From assembly GCA_031291725.1 (NCBI GenBank), contig JARLIM010000040.1:15071-79070 (forward strand): a stretch of 64,000 nucleotides of DNA, written 5' to 3'. Source of the stretch: Acetobacteraceae bacterium. Lineage in GTDB: Bacteria > Pseudomonadota > Alphaproteobacteria > Acetobacterales > Acetobacteraceae. The position numbers and the translations under genes were made by a program. Below are positions 1 through 8,465 of the stretch, one piece after another; position 1 is the stretch's first letter; each line of letters opens with the position of its first letter. The notes under the pieces are model-generated. The model saw nothing but the letters and a program-made list of their open reading frames with translations, had not been told where the DNA came from and made no database searches.

Positions 1-1379
1 GGGTTCGAAGTTTTACGAATCAGGCGATCAACTTTGATTTTCCGGTCACTGCAATTATCGGAACCAATGGCGGTGGAAAGTCCACGATCCTTGGCGCGGT
101 AGCTCTTGCATACAAGGACGTCAAGCCAGGCGACTTCTTTCCGAAGTCAAATATTGGCGACACTAGCATGGCGAATTGGCGCATTGACTATGACATTATT
201 GACCGGAAGGTGAACAAATCCGGCCTGATACAGCGGAACGCTCGCTTCGTGTCCGCCAAATGGCGGCGAGACACAGTTCTCGAACGCAATGTGGTCGTGA
301 TCCCGATCCAGCGGACAGTTCCCGCAAACGAGCAAACGAGGTTCAAGCGGTTTATCGGCATCACCCAGAACACGAAGGTCGTGAAGACGCCTATCGACGA
401 GACGGTAAGCGGCTATGTCAGTCGCATTCTCGGCAAGGATGCGAAGCACTACCAGCGCGTAACGCTTAGGTCCGACACGTCGAAGAGCATCCTTGTTGGG
501 ATGCATGAAGCCAATGACTATTCCCAGTTTCACTTCGGTGCCGGTGAGGCGTCAATCATCGAAATGGTATCGCGCATTGAGAACGCCGCAGACAACTCGC
601 TCATACTGATCGAGGAAATTGAGAATGGGCTTCATCCGTTGGCTACTACCAAGATGGTCGAGTATCTATTCGATGTCGCAAAGCGCAAGAAGGCTCAGAT
701 CATCTTCACGACCCACTCAGAATACGCGCTCGACGTTTTGCCGCCGAAGGCGATTTGGGCGTGCATCGATGGAACTGCCTACCAAGGCAAACTCACGATA
801 GAAAGCCTTCGAGCGCTTACGGGCGCAGTGCCTAGGGCCGCGGCAATTTTCGTCGAAGATGATTTCGCCAAAGATCTGGTCGACGAGATGTTACGGCAAT
901 ATGCGCGAGACATTTTCGATCAGGTACAGGTGCACAAGGCGGGCGGATATCCGTATGTCGTCGAGGTTCTTAAGCATCATAACAATAATCCGACTATTAT
1001 AACGAGGGCGGTCGCAGTTATCGATGGCGACAATCCACCGCTGGTCGAACCAAATGATGATGTAATCGTCTTGCCCGACGGAACGCCAGAATCGATTGTA
1101 TTCGGTTTTGTCCACGAAAGAGCGGAGACGATGTCTGCACTAATACAACAGCGCTGCCAGTGCCCGTCAGTTACACAGGACAGCATTGTCACCGCAATCA
1201 AGTCTGTCAAAATTGATACGACTGATCCGCATCTTTACTTCAATAAGTTAGGCGATAAACTCGGCTTCATATCAGAGCTGATTGTCCGGCGCGGCTTGGG
1301 ATCAATTTACGTGGAGAATAGTCGCGGGGAGCTCGAACCTAAGATCAATGCGATCCGGGCGCGCTTGAAGATTTCTTGA
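1..1379 (+). CDS. ABC/AAA15-type ATPase fused to a Toprim-like (OLD / DUF4435-like) C-terminal domain; 5' end outside the window
   Basis: Frame 3 is open from nt 3 and runs into listed ORF 168..1379. Walker A GTNGGGKST (nt ~60-86), Walker B LILIEEIENGLHP and H-loop FTTHS, followed by acidic motifs FVEDDFAKD and AVIDGDNPP typical of Toprim/DUF4435 nuclease domains. Confidence 0.7.
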   Translation, partial: VRSFTNQAINFDFPVTAIIGTNGGGKSTILGAVALAYKDVKPGDFFPKSNIGDTSMANWRIDYDIIDRKVNKSGLIQRNARFVSAKWRRDTVLERNVVVIPIQRTVPANEQTRFKRFIGITQNTKVVKTPIDETVSGYVSRILGKDAKHYQRVTLRSDTSKSILVGMHEANDYSQFHFGAGEASIIEMVSRIENAADNSLILIEEIENGLHPLATTKMVEYLFDVAKRKKAQIIFTTHSEYALDVLPPKAIWACIDGTAYQGKLTIESLRALTGAVPRAAAIFVEDDFAKDLVDEMLRQYARDIFDQVQVHKAGGYPYVVEVLKHHNNNPTIITRAVAVIDGDNPPLVEPNDDVIVLPDGTPESIVFGFVHERAETMSALIQQRCQCPSVTQDSIVTAIKSVKIDTTDPHLYFNKLGDKLGFISELIVRRGLGSIYVENSRGELEPKINAIRARLKIS

Positions 1380-1600
1380 AGAATGGGGAGAGTGGCTGCT
1401 GCCACCGGCGCGTGACTTGTCGGACAACCCTCACCCACAAGGGAAGAGGGCGTCTGCTTTAACGAATCGTACCATCTGAACGCCTGGTATGGCGTCCCTG
1501 TGGCCCCAGGGTGAGTTGCTACATCACTGGCTGCAAGGGGATGCTTAGGGTCGATATGAGCCGACGCCTCCAGGCGGATGAGTGTCCGCTTTCTCGGTCT

Positions 1601-1627
1601 CCCAACCCCCGATAGCCGCCAATCCAC
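1601..1627 (-). repeat. Partial inverted copy of the sequence that precedes the core motif in copy 2
   Basis: The reverse complement reads GTGGATTGGCGGCTATCGGGGGTTGGG. Compare TGGATTGGCCGAGCATCCGGGGGTTGGG at 10143-10170: a 9-mer and a 10-mer are shared with nearly the same spacing. Confidence 0.3.
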
Positions 1628-1820
1628 AATCGGTCATTCCCGGCCATAAGCTGGATGCTTTTATCGCAGCAAACTCCTCCAAATGCAGACCGTAGCAAAT
1701 CCACCTACGGCGGAGATCGGAACCGATACTATCCCCTGCCGGAGCGGACCTTCGTGAGGTCTAACCGCTTGAAGCCTGGATTTCCGGGTTGTTGCGCCGA
1801 GAGGCCGACCGTCCGGACCC

Positions 1821-1869
1821 TTGGTGTAACTGTGCTTACTCATTACCCCAGCCGGGGAATTACACCGAC
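1821..1869 (+). repeat. Core motif copy 1 (att-like)
   Basis: TTGGTGTAACTGTGCTTACTCATTACCCCAGCCGGGGAATTACACCGAC. It shares TTGG(G)TGTAA ... TTACCCCAGCCG ... GAATTACACCGAC with copies at 10166, 18269 and 25378, and lies in a gene-free gap next to xis/int. Confidence 0.6.
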
Positions 1870-1918
1870 CGTCCCCACCCCAGCCTGAAGCGGGCAAATG
1901 CCACAGGCGACGCAACAA

Positions 1919-1946
1919 ACCGCCCTGTCCGGCACGACAGGGCGGT
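1919..1946 (-). terminator. Rho-independent terminator candidate for the polB-int-xis operon
   Basis: Perfect 11-bp stem ACCGCCCTGTC / GACAGGGCGGT with a 6-nt loop. On the minus strand it is followed by TTTGTT, 17 nt downstream of the xis stop. Confidence 0.55.
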
Positions 1947-1962
1947 CCGATCGATATTGCGG

Positions 1963-2217
1963 CTAAGAAGCGGCCCTTGTGCAGAGATGTGCTGCGATGA
2001 AGGCCTCGATGTCGGAACGTCGGTAAAGGATGGCCTTCGCCGTCATCTTGACGAAGGCCGGCCCCTCGCCGGTCGCCCGCCAGCGTTCGAGCCGACGGGT
2101 GTTGACGCGCAGCAATGCGGCGGTCTCCGCCGGGGTGAGCAGCGCGGGCGGATTGGATTCCGCCACAGGCGCGTCGGCGGGGGACGCGGTGTTCTCGATG
2201 TCGTGCGGCGCGGTCAT
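1963..2217 (-). CDS. Excisionase / AlpA-type helix-turn-helix DNA-binding protein
   Basis: 84 aa. LLTPAETAALLRVNTRRLERWRATGEGPAFVKM...YRRSDIEAFI matches the excisionase-family HTH pattern. Its start overlaps the integrase stop (ATGA). Confidence 0.8.
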   Translation of the reverse strand: MTAPHDIENTASPADAPVAESNPPALLTPAETAALLRVNTRRLERWRATGEGPAFVKMTAKAILYRRSDIEAFIAAHLCTRAAS

Positions 2218-3545
2218 GCGGCCATTCCTTGGTTGACGTGGATAAATCGGAGCCCGTCCGGAATGGCGAGCGGACGGCAGCTCGGCAGAAGGACGGTCAT
2301 CCGGCGCAGGCTCTGCAAGCGCTCCGGATCGGGCGGCAGCCGCGGAGGCCGATGCCGTTCCGCCGGGCGCAGCCGGGCGCTGGCGGCGCCGCCCATCGCA
2401 ATGCTGCCGATCCTGTCGGCGGTCGCCAGCAGCATCTTGTCGCCGAGGTGCGCGTAGCGCTGGGTCGTGGCGAGGTTGCTGTGGCCGAGCAGCTTGGACA
2501 CCTCATAGAGCGACACGCCGTCGGCCATGCACAGGCTGGCGAAGGTGTGGCGCAGGTCGTGCAGGTGCATACCGGCCGGCAGCCCGGCGGCCGCCTTGCA
2601 CCGGTCCCAGGCGGCGCGCACGCCCTCAAGCGGCTTGCCCGGGCAGCGCGGCGAGGAGAACACGTAGGGCTGCCCGGCGGTCCGGGGCAGGAGCCCGAGA
2701 ATACCCAGCGCCACCCCCGAGAGCCGGACGTGGCGGCGGCTCCCGCTCTTCGACAGCGGCACGGTGAGCAGGCCGCGATCCATGTCGACGTGCTCCCAGC
2801 GCGCCTCGAGGATCTCCGACTTGCGGGCGCCGGTGAGCGCCAGCAGCGAGATGGCGCAGGCCGCGACCTGATCGCGGTCCGCGCGCAGCGCTTCGGTCAG
2901 GGCGCGAAACTGCGCGGCATCGAGGAACACCTCGCGATGCTCCTCGCGCAGCATGCCGGGCGACGCCGCCGGGTTGGTCCCGGTGTAGGCGCCCCATTTC
3001 AGAGCCTTGCCGAAGACCGCCCGAAGCACCGCCAGATGGCGATTGGTCCGGCTCGGCGACAGCTTCTCGCCGATCAGCCTGCGCTTGAAGGCGGCGACGT
3101 CGGCGAAGGTCACCTCGTCGAGCGCCATACGGCCGAACGCCGGCAGGATACGCAGGCGCAGCATGTCGGCGTATTCGGCGTGGGAGCGAATGCTCTCGCG
3201 AAGGTGCGGGAGGTAACGGTCGGCGACGAAGGATGCGACGGTGGGCATCGTCCGCAGCCGCCGCCGCTCCTCGGCGGGATCGCGGCCCAAAGCAGCCTGG
3301 GCGCGCAGCTCCAGCGCCCGCTTGCGGGCCTCGGCGGCGGTGACCACGCCGTGCTTGCCGAGGGTCATGTCGCGCGGGCGGCCGCGCAGGTCGGTGTATC
3401 TGACGTAGTAGGTCTTCGTCCCGCTGGCGAAGACCGCGACGTGGAAGCCGGCGACGGCGGTGTCGCTGACCTTGTATTTTCTGGCGCCGTTGGCAGGCGG
3501 CGTCAGCGCGTCGACCGCAGCCTGGGTGAGCTTGAGCTTAGCCAT
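2214..3545 (-). CDS. int: Tyrosine recombinase / P4-like (DUF4102-type) integrase
   Basis: N-terminus MAKLKLTQAAVDAL...FHVAVFASGTKTYYVRY (DUF4102-like arm-binding domain). Catalytic region LLALTGARKSE, HDLRHTFAS, LLGHSNLATTQRYAH. ATG at 3545 is preferred over the first in-frame start at 3602. Confidence 0.9.
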   Translation of the reverse strand: MAKLKLTQAAVDALTPPANGARKYKVSDTAVAGFHVAVFASGTKTYYVRYTDLRGRPRDMTLGKHGVVTAAEARKRALELRAQAALGRDPAEERRRLRTMPTVASFVADRYLPHLRESIRSHAEYADMLRLRILPAFGRMALDEVTFADVAAFKRRLIGEKLSPSRTNRHLAVLRAVFGKALKWGAYTGTNPAASPGMLREEHREVFLDAAQFRALTEALRADRDQVAACAISLLALTGARKSEILEARWEHVDMDRGLLTVPLSKSGSRRHVRLSGVALGILGLLPRTAGQPYVFSSPRCPGKPLEGVRAAWDRCKAAAGLPAGMHLHDLRHTFASLCMADGVSLYEVSKLLGHSNLATTQRYAHLGDKMLLATADRIGSIAMGGAASARLRPAERHRPPRLPPDPERLQSLRRMTVLLPSCRPLAIPDGLRFIHVNQGMAA

Positions 3546-6500
3546 TCTGCGCGGTCTCCTGGTTGCCGGAGGCGGCGATTTCGGCCGCGGTGTCGATCTC
3601 ACTCATGGTATCAATCTCGGCCCCGCCGCGTTCCTCGATGACAAACCCGAAGCTGACCAAGGTCGCGGCATCGGCGACTTCGAACGCCCGCCGATAGTCG
3701 AAGTCGGGGAAGCGGGCGAGGATGACGCGCAGCAACGCCGCAGTCTCCGGAACCCAGGGCACGCAGTGCTCCAGCAAGGGGGTCTTGCGCCGCGCGGCGT
3801 ACGTGATGTCCTCCTTGCCGGTCGGGAAGCCGGCATCGGTCAGATAATTGGCCAATTCGGCCAGACTGCGCGGGGGGAACTGCACGCCCCATAGCCCTTG
3901 CCGTCCGGCCTGCAGGAACACCCGCATGAAGATGCCGGCGGCGTGGTCGGCGCGGATTTGCGGCGCCTTTACTCCTATTGCCTTGCTCGCTGCATGCACC
4001 GCCCACGACACCGCGTTGTACGACTCCCAGTGCCGGTAATCCGCCATGTCGCGCAGCAGGCGCTTATTGCCGCGCGACCATGCGTCCACCCGCGAGCGCG
4101 CGAAGTTGGCCTCCTCGGCGGTGTTCCAGGGCAGGGTGTCCCAGGCGATGCGCTCGCGATGCCGTCCGAGCCGGACCATCCGCGGCGCGGCCGGCTTGCG
4201 CTTGAAGTCGTAGCGCAGGTTGAGCGTCCGCTCGCGCTTGACGCCGACGAGGTCGCATTCCTTCGTCAGCTGCTCGCGGGCCGAGATCAGCTGCTCGTGC
4301 GGGACTTTCTTCCCATAGGTCTGACCGAGGTAAAGCTTGAGCATGTGCTGGTTCTGCAGCTTCGGTTCGGGCCGGGTCGGCGGTTTGACGCTGCCCTTGG
4401 CGCAGACCAGATCGAACCCCTCCGCCGGCTTGGCGGTGAAGGTGGTCCGCACCGCCACCGACACCAGCTGCCGCGCGCCGTGTTTGGGCTTGGGGTCGAG
4501 CACCTCGCGCTCGCCGAACAGGCGCTCGCGAATGTCGGCAAAGGAACTGCACAGCGGCCCGGTCAGGTCCATATCTTCAATGGGCACGTCGGTAAGCAGC
4601 CCGTCGGTGGTCGCCGAGATGACGGTGCCCGATTCCGGCAGCTTCCAGAGGATCTCGCCGAGCACCGCGCGGATATAGCCCGTCGCCCAGGCGGCCAGGA
4701 ACGGCTCGGTCAGCGGGGATTCGCCGATCGGCTGGCTCTTCCCCGTGGCGATGTCGTAGCCGGTCTTGCCCGTTAGACCCATCGCGGTCAGGCCGTACGC
4801 TGAATTGCCGACTTCCTTCCAAAGTTCGTTCAGGGCGGGATGGGTGGATTTCGGATACTCGCGCCGCTTCGATTGCACCAGGCGGGTGAAATCCTCGAAG
4901 ATGCGGGTCTCGGATTTCCACGGCGCGATGATGCCCTGATGGATCGTCACGGTCGCGCCCATCCGCCGGGCGAGAAAGATCTCCGGCGAGGTGACGAAGA
5001 CCTGGTCGCCCTTGCCGGCGCGCAGAGGATAGATCAGCGCGCCGCCCTCGCCCCGCACGGGCAGACAGGGGAAGCGGATGATGGCCGGGAATTCGAACGA
5101 AACCCAGGCGATGCCCATATCTTCGATGCCGAAGGCGTCAGCGTCGAACTCCTGGCGGATATTCTCGTGGTCCACCGGGCGGAGCATCGCGAGCGCGGTG
5201 GTATAGGCGCCGGGGAGGTCGTAATCGTACCACATGCGATCGTCGGTCGGCCCGTGGTAGAAGCACTCGCTGCGGCCGCCGTGATAGGCCCGGCAGGCGA
5301 ACTCGTGGTAAATGGCCAGGCCCGGCGTGGATACTTCGACCTTGGTCGAGCGGAATTCGCGCTCGCGCTCATCGAAGCGGGTCTTGGTCTCGGTGGTGCG
5401 CCCGAGCATGGCCGACAGCTTATCGCGACCGCCGGATCGATTGCGGACCACACCGGCGGAGATGGAAGCCAGGGTGTTGGGCAACCCGGTGAGGCCGAAC
5501 TGGTTCCTGTCGGTGACCGTCTTCTCCATCCAGACGCCGTAGTCGAGCGCGATCTCGGCATCCTCGAAGGCGTAGGCCTCGAAGGCCTCGGGATAGTCGC
5601 GCATCACCAGATCCATGCGCGCCTTGCCGTAGCGGGCTTCCAGGCCGAGCCCCGCGCGTTCCGGACGCTCGACCGTCTTGCAGGTCGGCACGCCGAGATC
5701 GTCGTGCAGATCGAGCTTGCGCCGTCCCACCATCTGGGCGGCATAGGCCAAGCCGCGCCCACCCGGCGTCAGCCTGATCGTGTCGATGAAGCGAATGCGG
5801 ACGGTGAATTGCCGCCCTTCGAGATCGCGCAGGCGGACGCTGCCGCTATGCGCGGGGGGCTTTTCATCGCTGCCGTTGCCCGGCGCAGCCGGTGCGGGGT
5901 CGATCTCGACATGGTCGTCGTCGCCGTCGATCTTGAGCAGGTGGCCTTTCCGGTTGCTGACGAGCGTCTTGCCCAGCACGCGGAACTCGGCCTTGCGCGC
6001 CCAGAAGTCGGCAAACGCGGCGAGGTCGCCGCGCATGAAGTGGGCGAAGAGCACGATCGACGCCGGCAGCGACGCCACGACGCCTTCCTTCATCGCCTTG
6101 CGCAGCGCGGACTGGATGAAGGACGCCATCTTCGGCAGGCCGGCGCCGCGCGGGCCGGTGACGTAGTGGATGTATCTCGACTTCTTCCCTCCGCAACTGA
6201 CCACCGCGGTGATGCAGAGCTTTTCGTTCGTGTAACCGCCCTTGCCATCGGGCAGCGTCACCCACTCGGCATCGATGCCGACCCGGACGGGCGGGCCGAA
6301 ATACAGCGGCGCCGGCGGCAGCGCGAGCTGTATCGGCTTCTTCAGGCGTTCGAGCTGGCGGTCGAACTGGCGCTTGAGCTGCCGTTCCGTCCTGGACTTC
6401 AGCTGCTTGGCGCTGAGCTCCCTTTTCGGTGCGATCGCCCGGCGCTCAGCGTCGGTCAGCGCGTCGTCATTCTCTCCGGACTGCTTGCGCGCGATCGCCG

Positions 6501-6552
6501 CCAGCTCTCCGGGAGTCAGGGTGTTGTCATCGTCATCGTCTTCGTTGGTCAT
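3538..6552 (-). CDS. Family-B DNA polymerase, protein-primed/primer-independent (piPolB-like) clade
   Basis: The ordered motifs are:
- ExoI VGIDAEWV
- ExoII-like FAHFMRGDLAAF
- ExoIII YAFEDAEIAL
- AYHGGRSECF
- motif A YDYDLPGAYTTAL
- motif B KEVGNSAYG (Kx3NSxYG)
- motif C ISATTDGLL

ATG at 6552 is preceded by GGAGA. The stop overlaps the int start by 8 nt. Confidence 0.8.
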   Translation of the reverse strand: MTNEDDDDDNTLTPGELAAIARKQSGENDDALTDAERRAIAPKRELSAKQLKSRTERQLKRQFDRQLERLKKPIQLALPPAPLYFGPPVRVGIDAEWVTLPDGKGGYTNEKLCITAVVSCGGKKSRYIHYVTGPRGAGLPKMASFIQSALRKAMKEGVVASLPASIVLFAHFMRGDLAAFADFWARKAEFRVLGKTLVSNRKGHLLKIDGDDDHVEIDPAPAAPGNGSDEKPPAHSGSVRLRDLEGRQFTVRIRFIDTIRLTPGGRGLAYAAQMVGRRKLDLHDDLGVPTCKTVERPERAGLGLEARYGKARMDLVMRDYPEAFEAYAFEDAEIALDYGVWMEKTVTDRNQFGLTGLPNTLASISAGVVRNRSGGRDKLSAMLGRTTETKTRFDEREREFRSTKVEVSTPGLAIYHEFACRAYHGGRSECFYHGPTDDRMWYDYDLPGAYTTALAMLRPVDHENIRQEFDADAFGIEDMGIAWVSFEFPAIIRFPCLPVRGEGGALIYPLRAGKGDQVFVTSPEIFLARRMGATVTIHQGIIAPWKSETRIFEDFTRLVQSKRREYPKSTHPALNELWKEVGNSAYGLTAMGLTGKTGYDIATGKSQPIGESPLTEPFLAAWATGYIRAVLGEILWKLPESGTVISATTDGLLTDVPIEDMDLTGPLCSSFADIRERLFGEREVLDPKPKHGARQLVSVAVRTTFTAKPAEGFDLVCAKGSVKPPTRPEPKLQNQHMLKLYLGQTYGKKVPHEQLISAREQLTKECDLVGVKRERTLNLRYDFKRKPAAPRMVRLGRHRERIAWDTLPWNTAEEANFARSRVDAWSRGNKRLLRDMADYRHWESYNAVSWAVHAASKAIGVKAPQIRADHAAGIFMRVFLQAGRQGLWGVQFPPRSLAELANYLTDAGFPTGKEDITYAARRKTPLLEHCVPWVPETAALLRVILARFPDFDYRRAFEVADAATLVSFGFVIEERGGAEIDTMSEIDTAAEIAASGNQETAQNG

Positions 6553-6618
6553 GGCGGTCTCCAAGACGAAAGCGCCCCCGTGGGCCAAGACCCACGGGGG
6601 CGCGCTCAATGCTGTTGC

Positions 6619-7095
6619 TTAGTCGTTCGGCTTGTCGGCGCGGCGCGGCATCGGTGACGCGATGTTCGGCTGCGACGGCGACGGCGCGGCCGGTGTGGTG
6701 GCGTTGCCGGGCGCGTCCACGTCGGGCGGCAATGGCCAATTGGCGGCCGCCCACACCGGATCGGCCTCGTGTGCAAGCCCGAGCCAGTCCGGCTGGTCGA
6801 AGGGTTGACCTTGCAGGTTCAGACCGAGGATTTCGATCGTGACACTGCGCCAAGCCACTGCGATGTTCTTGCTGGTCGACACGAAAGCGATGATTTCGTC
6901 CGTCCCGAGCCCGAGCACAAGGAAGCCGGCGGAGACGGCCTTACAGCCGCCGATGCGGCTGATTGCGACGGCATCGCCTTCCGGCAAGACGAGAAACGGC
7001 CGGGGATTGAAGGACCGCTGATGGTACGACCATTGATTATGAGGCCTATGATGCTGAGGCCGTTGATTGTTAGGCGGGGGATCGTTCGGCTTCAT
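6619..7095 (-). CDS. Hypothetical protein (158 aa), Pro/Gln/His-rich N-terminus, co-operonic with polB
   Basis: Internal ATG (MKPNDPPPNN) of ORF 6619..7335, same strand and directly upstream of polB. No recognisable motif. Confidence 0.45.
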   Translation of the reverse strand: MKPNDPPPNNQRPQHHRPHNQWSYHQRSFNPRPFLVLPEGDAVAISRIGGCKAVSAGFLVLGLGTDEIIAFVSTSKNIAVAWRSVTIEILGLNLQGQPFDQPDWLGLAHEADPVWAAANWPLPPDVDAPGNATTPAAPSPSQPNIASPMPRRADKPND

Positions 7096-7210
7096 ATGGG
7101 TGAGCCCTTTGTAGTGGTGGATGGGAGATCCTCTGGCGCCGGGCAATCCGGCCGGCCCAGGGCAGAGAACCGCCAATGGGCGGATCGCGGCAGCGGCACA
7201 CCGCGGCGGC

Positions 7211-8323
7211 CTATGCGGCTTCCTCCATTTCCAGTGCGTCAGTATCGATCGACGCGGCCTGCTCGGCGGCGGAATCATCCACCGTCGTGCCGTCATTGCT
7301 GGCTTCGCCCGTCTCAGCCTCCACGGACTCGGCATTCGTGGTGACGGCTTCCGGCGCGGCGCAGCGGATCACTTCTCCATCGAGCCAAGCGGGTTTGCCG
7401 GGCTCGAGCGTGACGGTGAAAGTGAACTTACCCGCCTGCTCGGCCAGCCCGGCCGGCACGCCGAAAACGACGAGCTGCTGGGGCGCGTCGTCGGGCACGC
7501 CGAGCATCGCATCGCCGGCGTCCACGGCAACAGTGGGAGCGGTCTTGGGGGTGGTCTTGCGTGTGGCCCGAACAGCTGCTTCGAGACCGTATTTGTCGAG
7601 CCACACCTTCACTCCGGCGGCGCCGCCGTCATGCGAGGCCGCAAATTCAGCGCCCTTTGCCCACTTCCACGCGAGCCGGCGGACATCTTTCTTCTTCGTC
7701 TCGGCGGCATTGCTGTCAGCCGGAACCGCTGCGTCTGCCGCGGGATCGGTTGATGCATCCGCGGAAGCCGGCTCGTTTCCCTTCTCAACCGCGGCCTTGA
7801 TTATGGCGATCATCGGTCGGTTCAGCGCGGGCTGGGTCACGGGAATCCCGGTCCGCTCAAAGAAGGCCTTGGCGTTGAAGTCGGGAGCCTTGACCAGCAC
7901 GGCGATGCGTCCAAGCAATTCGTTACGCTTCTGATTGGAGGCTTCACCCTCAGTGAGGATGTCGCGAAAGCCAGCCTTGAATGCTTCGAACTTCTGCTCG
8001 TCGCTTTCGGTGGCCGCCGGTTCTTCGGACGCCCCAGTGTCGGGTTGAACCGGCTGAGGGGTGTCCTCGCACGATTTGTCGCCGCCGGAGTCATTTTCGC
8101 TCTCACCCTCGACGGCGGGCGAGGGAGTTGCCGTCACTTGGGGGATGGTCACCGCCAGCGCGGTCGAACTGCTGGATGCGTGCAGAGCATCGCGATTGTG
8201 GCCCGCGACGTTGTTAATCATGGACTGTTGCGGCTGTTCAGGGTGTCCTGTATCGCAGTAAGTCTGGCCGCCGGCAGCGGCCTGCAAAACAGCCTCGGCG
8301 GAGTTGGTTTCAGGGGTGGTCAC
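7211..8323 (-). CDS. Hypothetical acidic protein (370 aa), first gene of the polB operon
   Basis: GTG start preceded by GGAGGA. Long acidic/low-complexity stretches flank a central folded-looking region (KFEAFKAGFRDIL...IAVLVKAPDFNAKAFFERTGIP). No family recognised. Confidence 0.6.
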   Translation of the reverse strand: MTTPETNSAEAVLQAAAGGQTYCDTGHPEQPQQSMINNVAGHNRDALHASSSSTALAVTIPQVTATPSPAVEGESENDSGGDKSCEDTPQPVQPDTGASEEPAATESDEQKFEAFKAGFRDILTEGEASNQKRNELLGRIAVLVKAPDFNAKAFFERTGIPVTQPALNRPMIAIIKAAVEKGNEPASADASTDPAADAAVPADSNAAETKKKDVRRLAWKWAKGAEFAASHDGGAAGVKVWLDKYGLEAAVRATRKTTPKTAPTVAVDAGDAMLGVPDDAPQQLVVFGVPAGLAEQAGKFTFTVTLEPGKPAWLDGEVIRCAAPEAVTTNAESVEAETGEASNDGTTVDDSAAEQAASIDTDALEMEEAA

Positions 8324-8408
8324 GAATAGGGTCCTCCATTCGCAGCGCCCAAAATTCGCGCTGGAAAGAGTCTATATTCACATAACGTGTTGATTATAAA
8401 AATGAATT

Positions 8409-8440
8409 GGCTTATCGCTCAACTTTTCGAACGATAAGCC
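8409..8440. promoter_or_regulatory. Inverted repeat in the AT-rich divergent promoter region
   Basis: GGCTTATCG-N14-CGATAAGCC plus direct AACGATAA x2, inside the AT-rich gap 8324-8465 between divergent genes. Confidence 0.35.
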
Positions 8441-8465
8441 AAACGATAACTCGCGAGCGGATCGG

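Noticed and set aside
1-1379. ATPase-Toprim gene as Gabija GajA
   Set aside because: No UvrD-like GajB gene follows. The next 580 nt are non-coding, and the protein is shorter than typical GajA, so a generic OLD/PARIS-like call is kept.
2229-3641. 470-aa plus-strand ORF opposite the integrase. Similar long ORFs: 4840..6657, 11147..12577, 12587..14137, 16067..17752, 35158..36039, 57978..59381
   Set aside because: All lie antisense to genes with clear catalytic motifs. Their products are Arg/Gly/Ala/His/Gln-rich nonsense typical of high-GC shadow frames.
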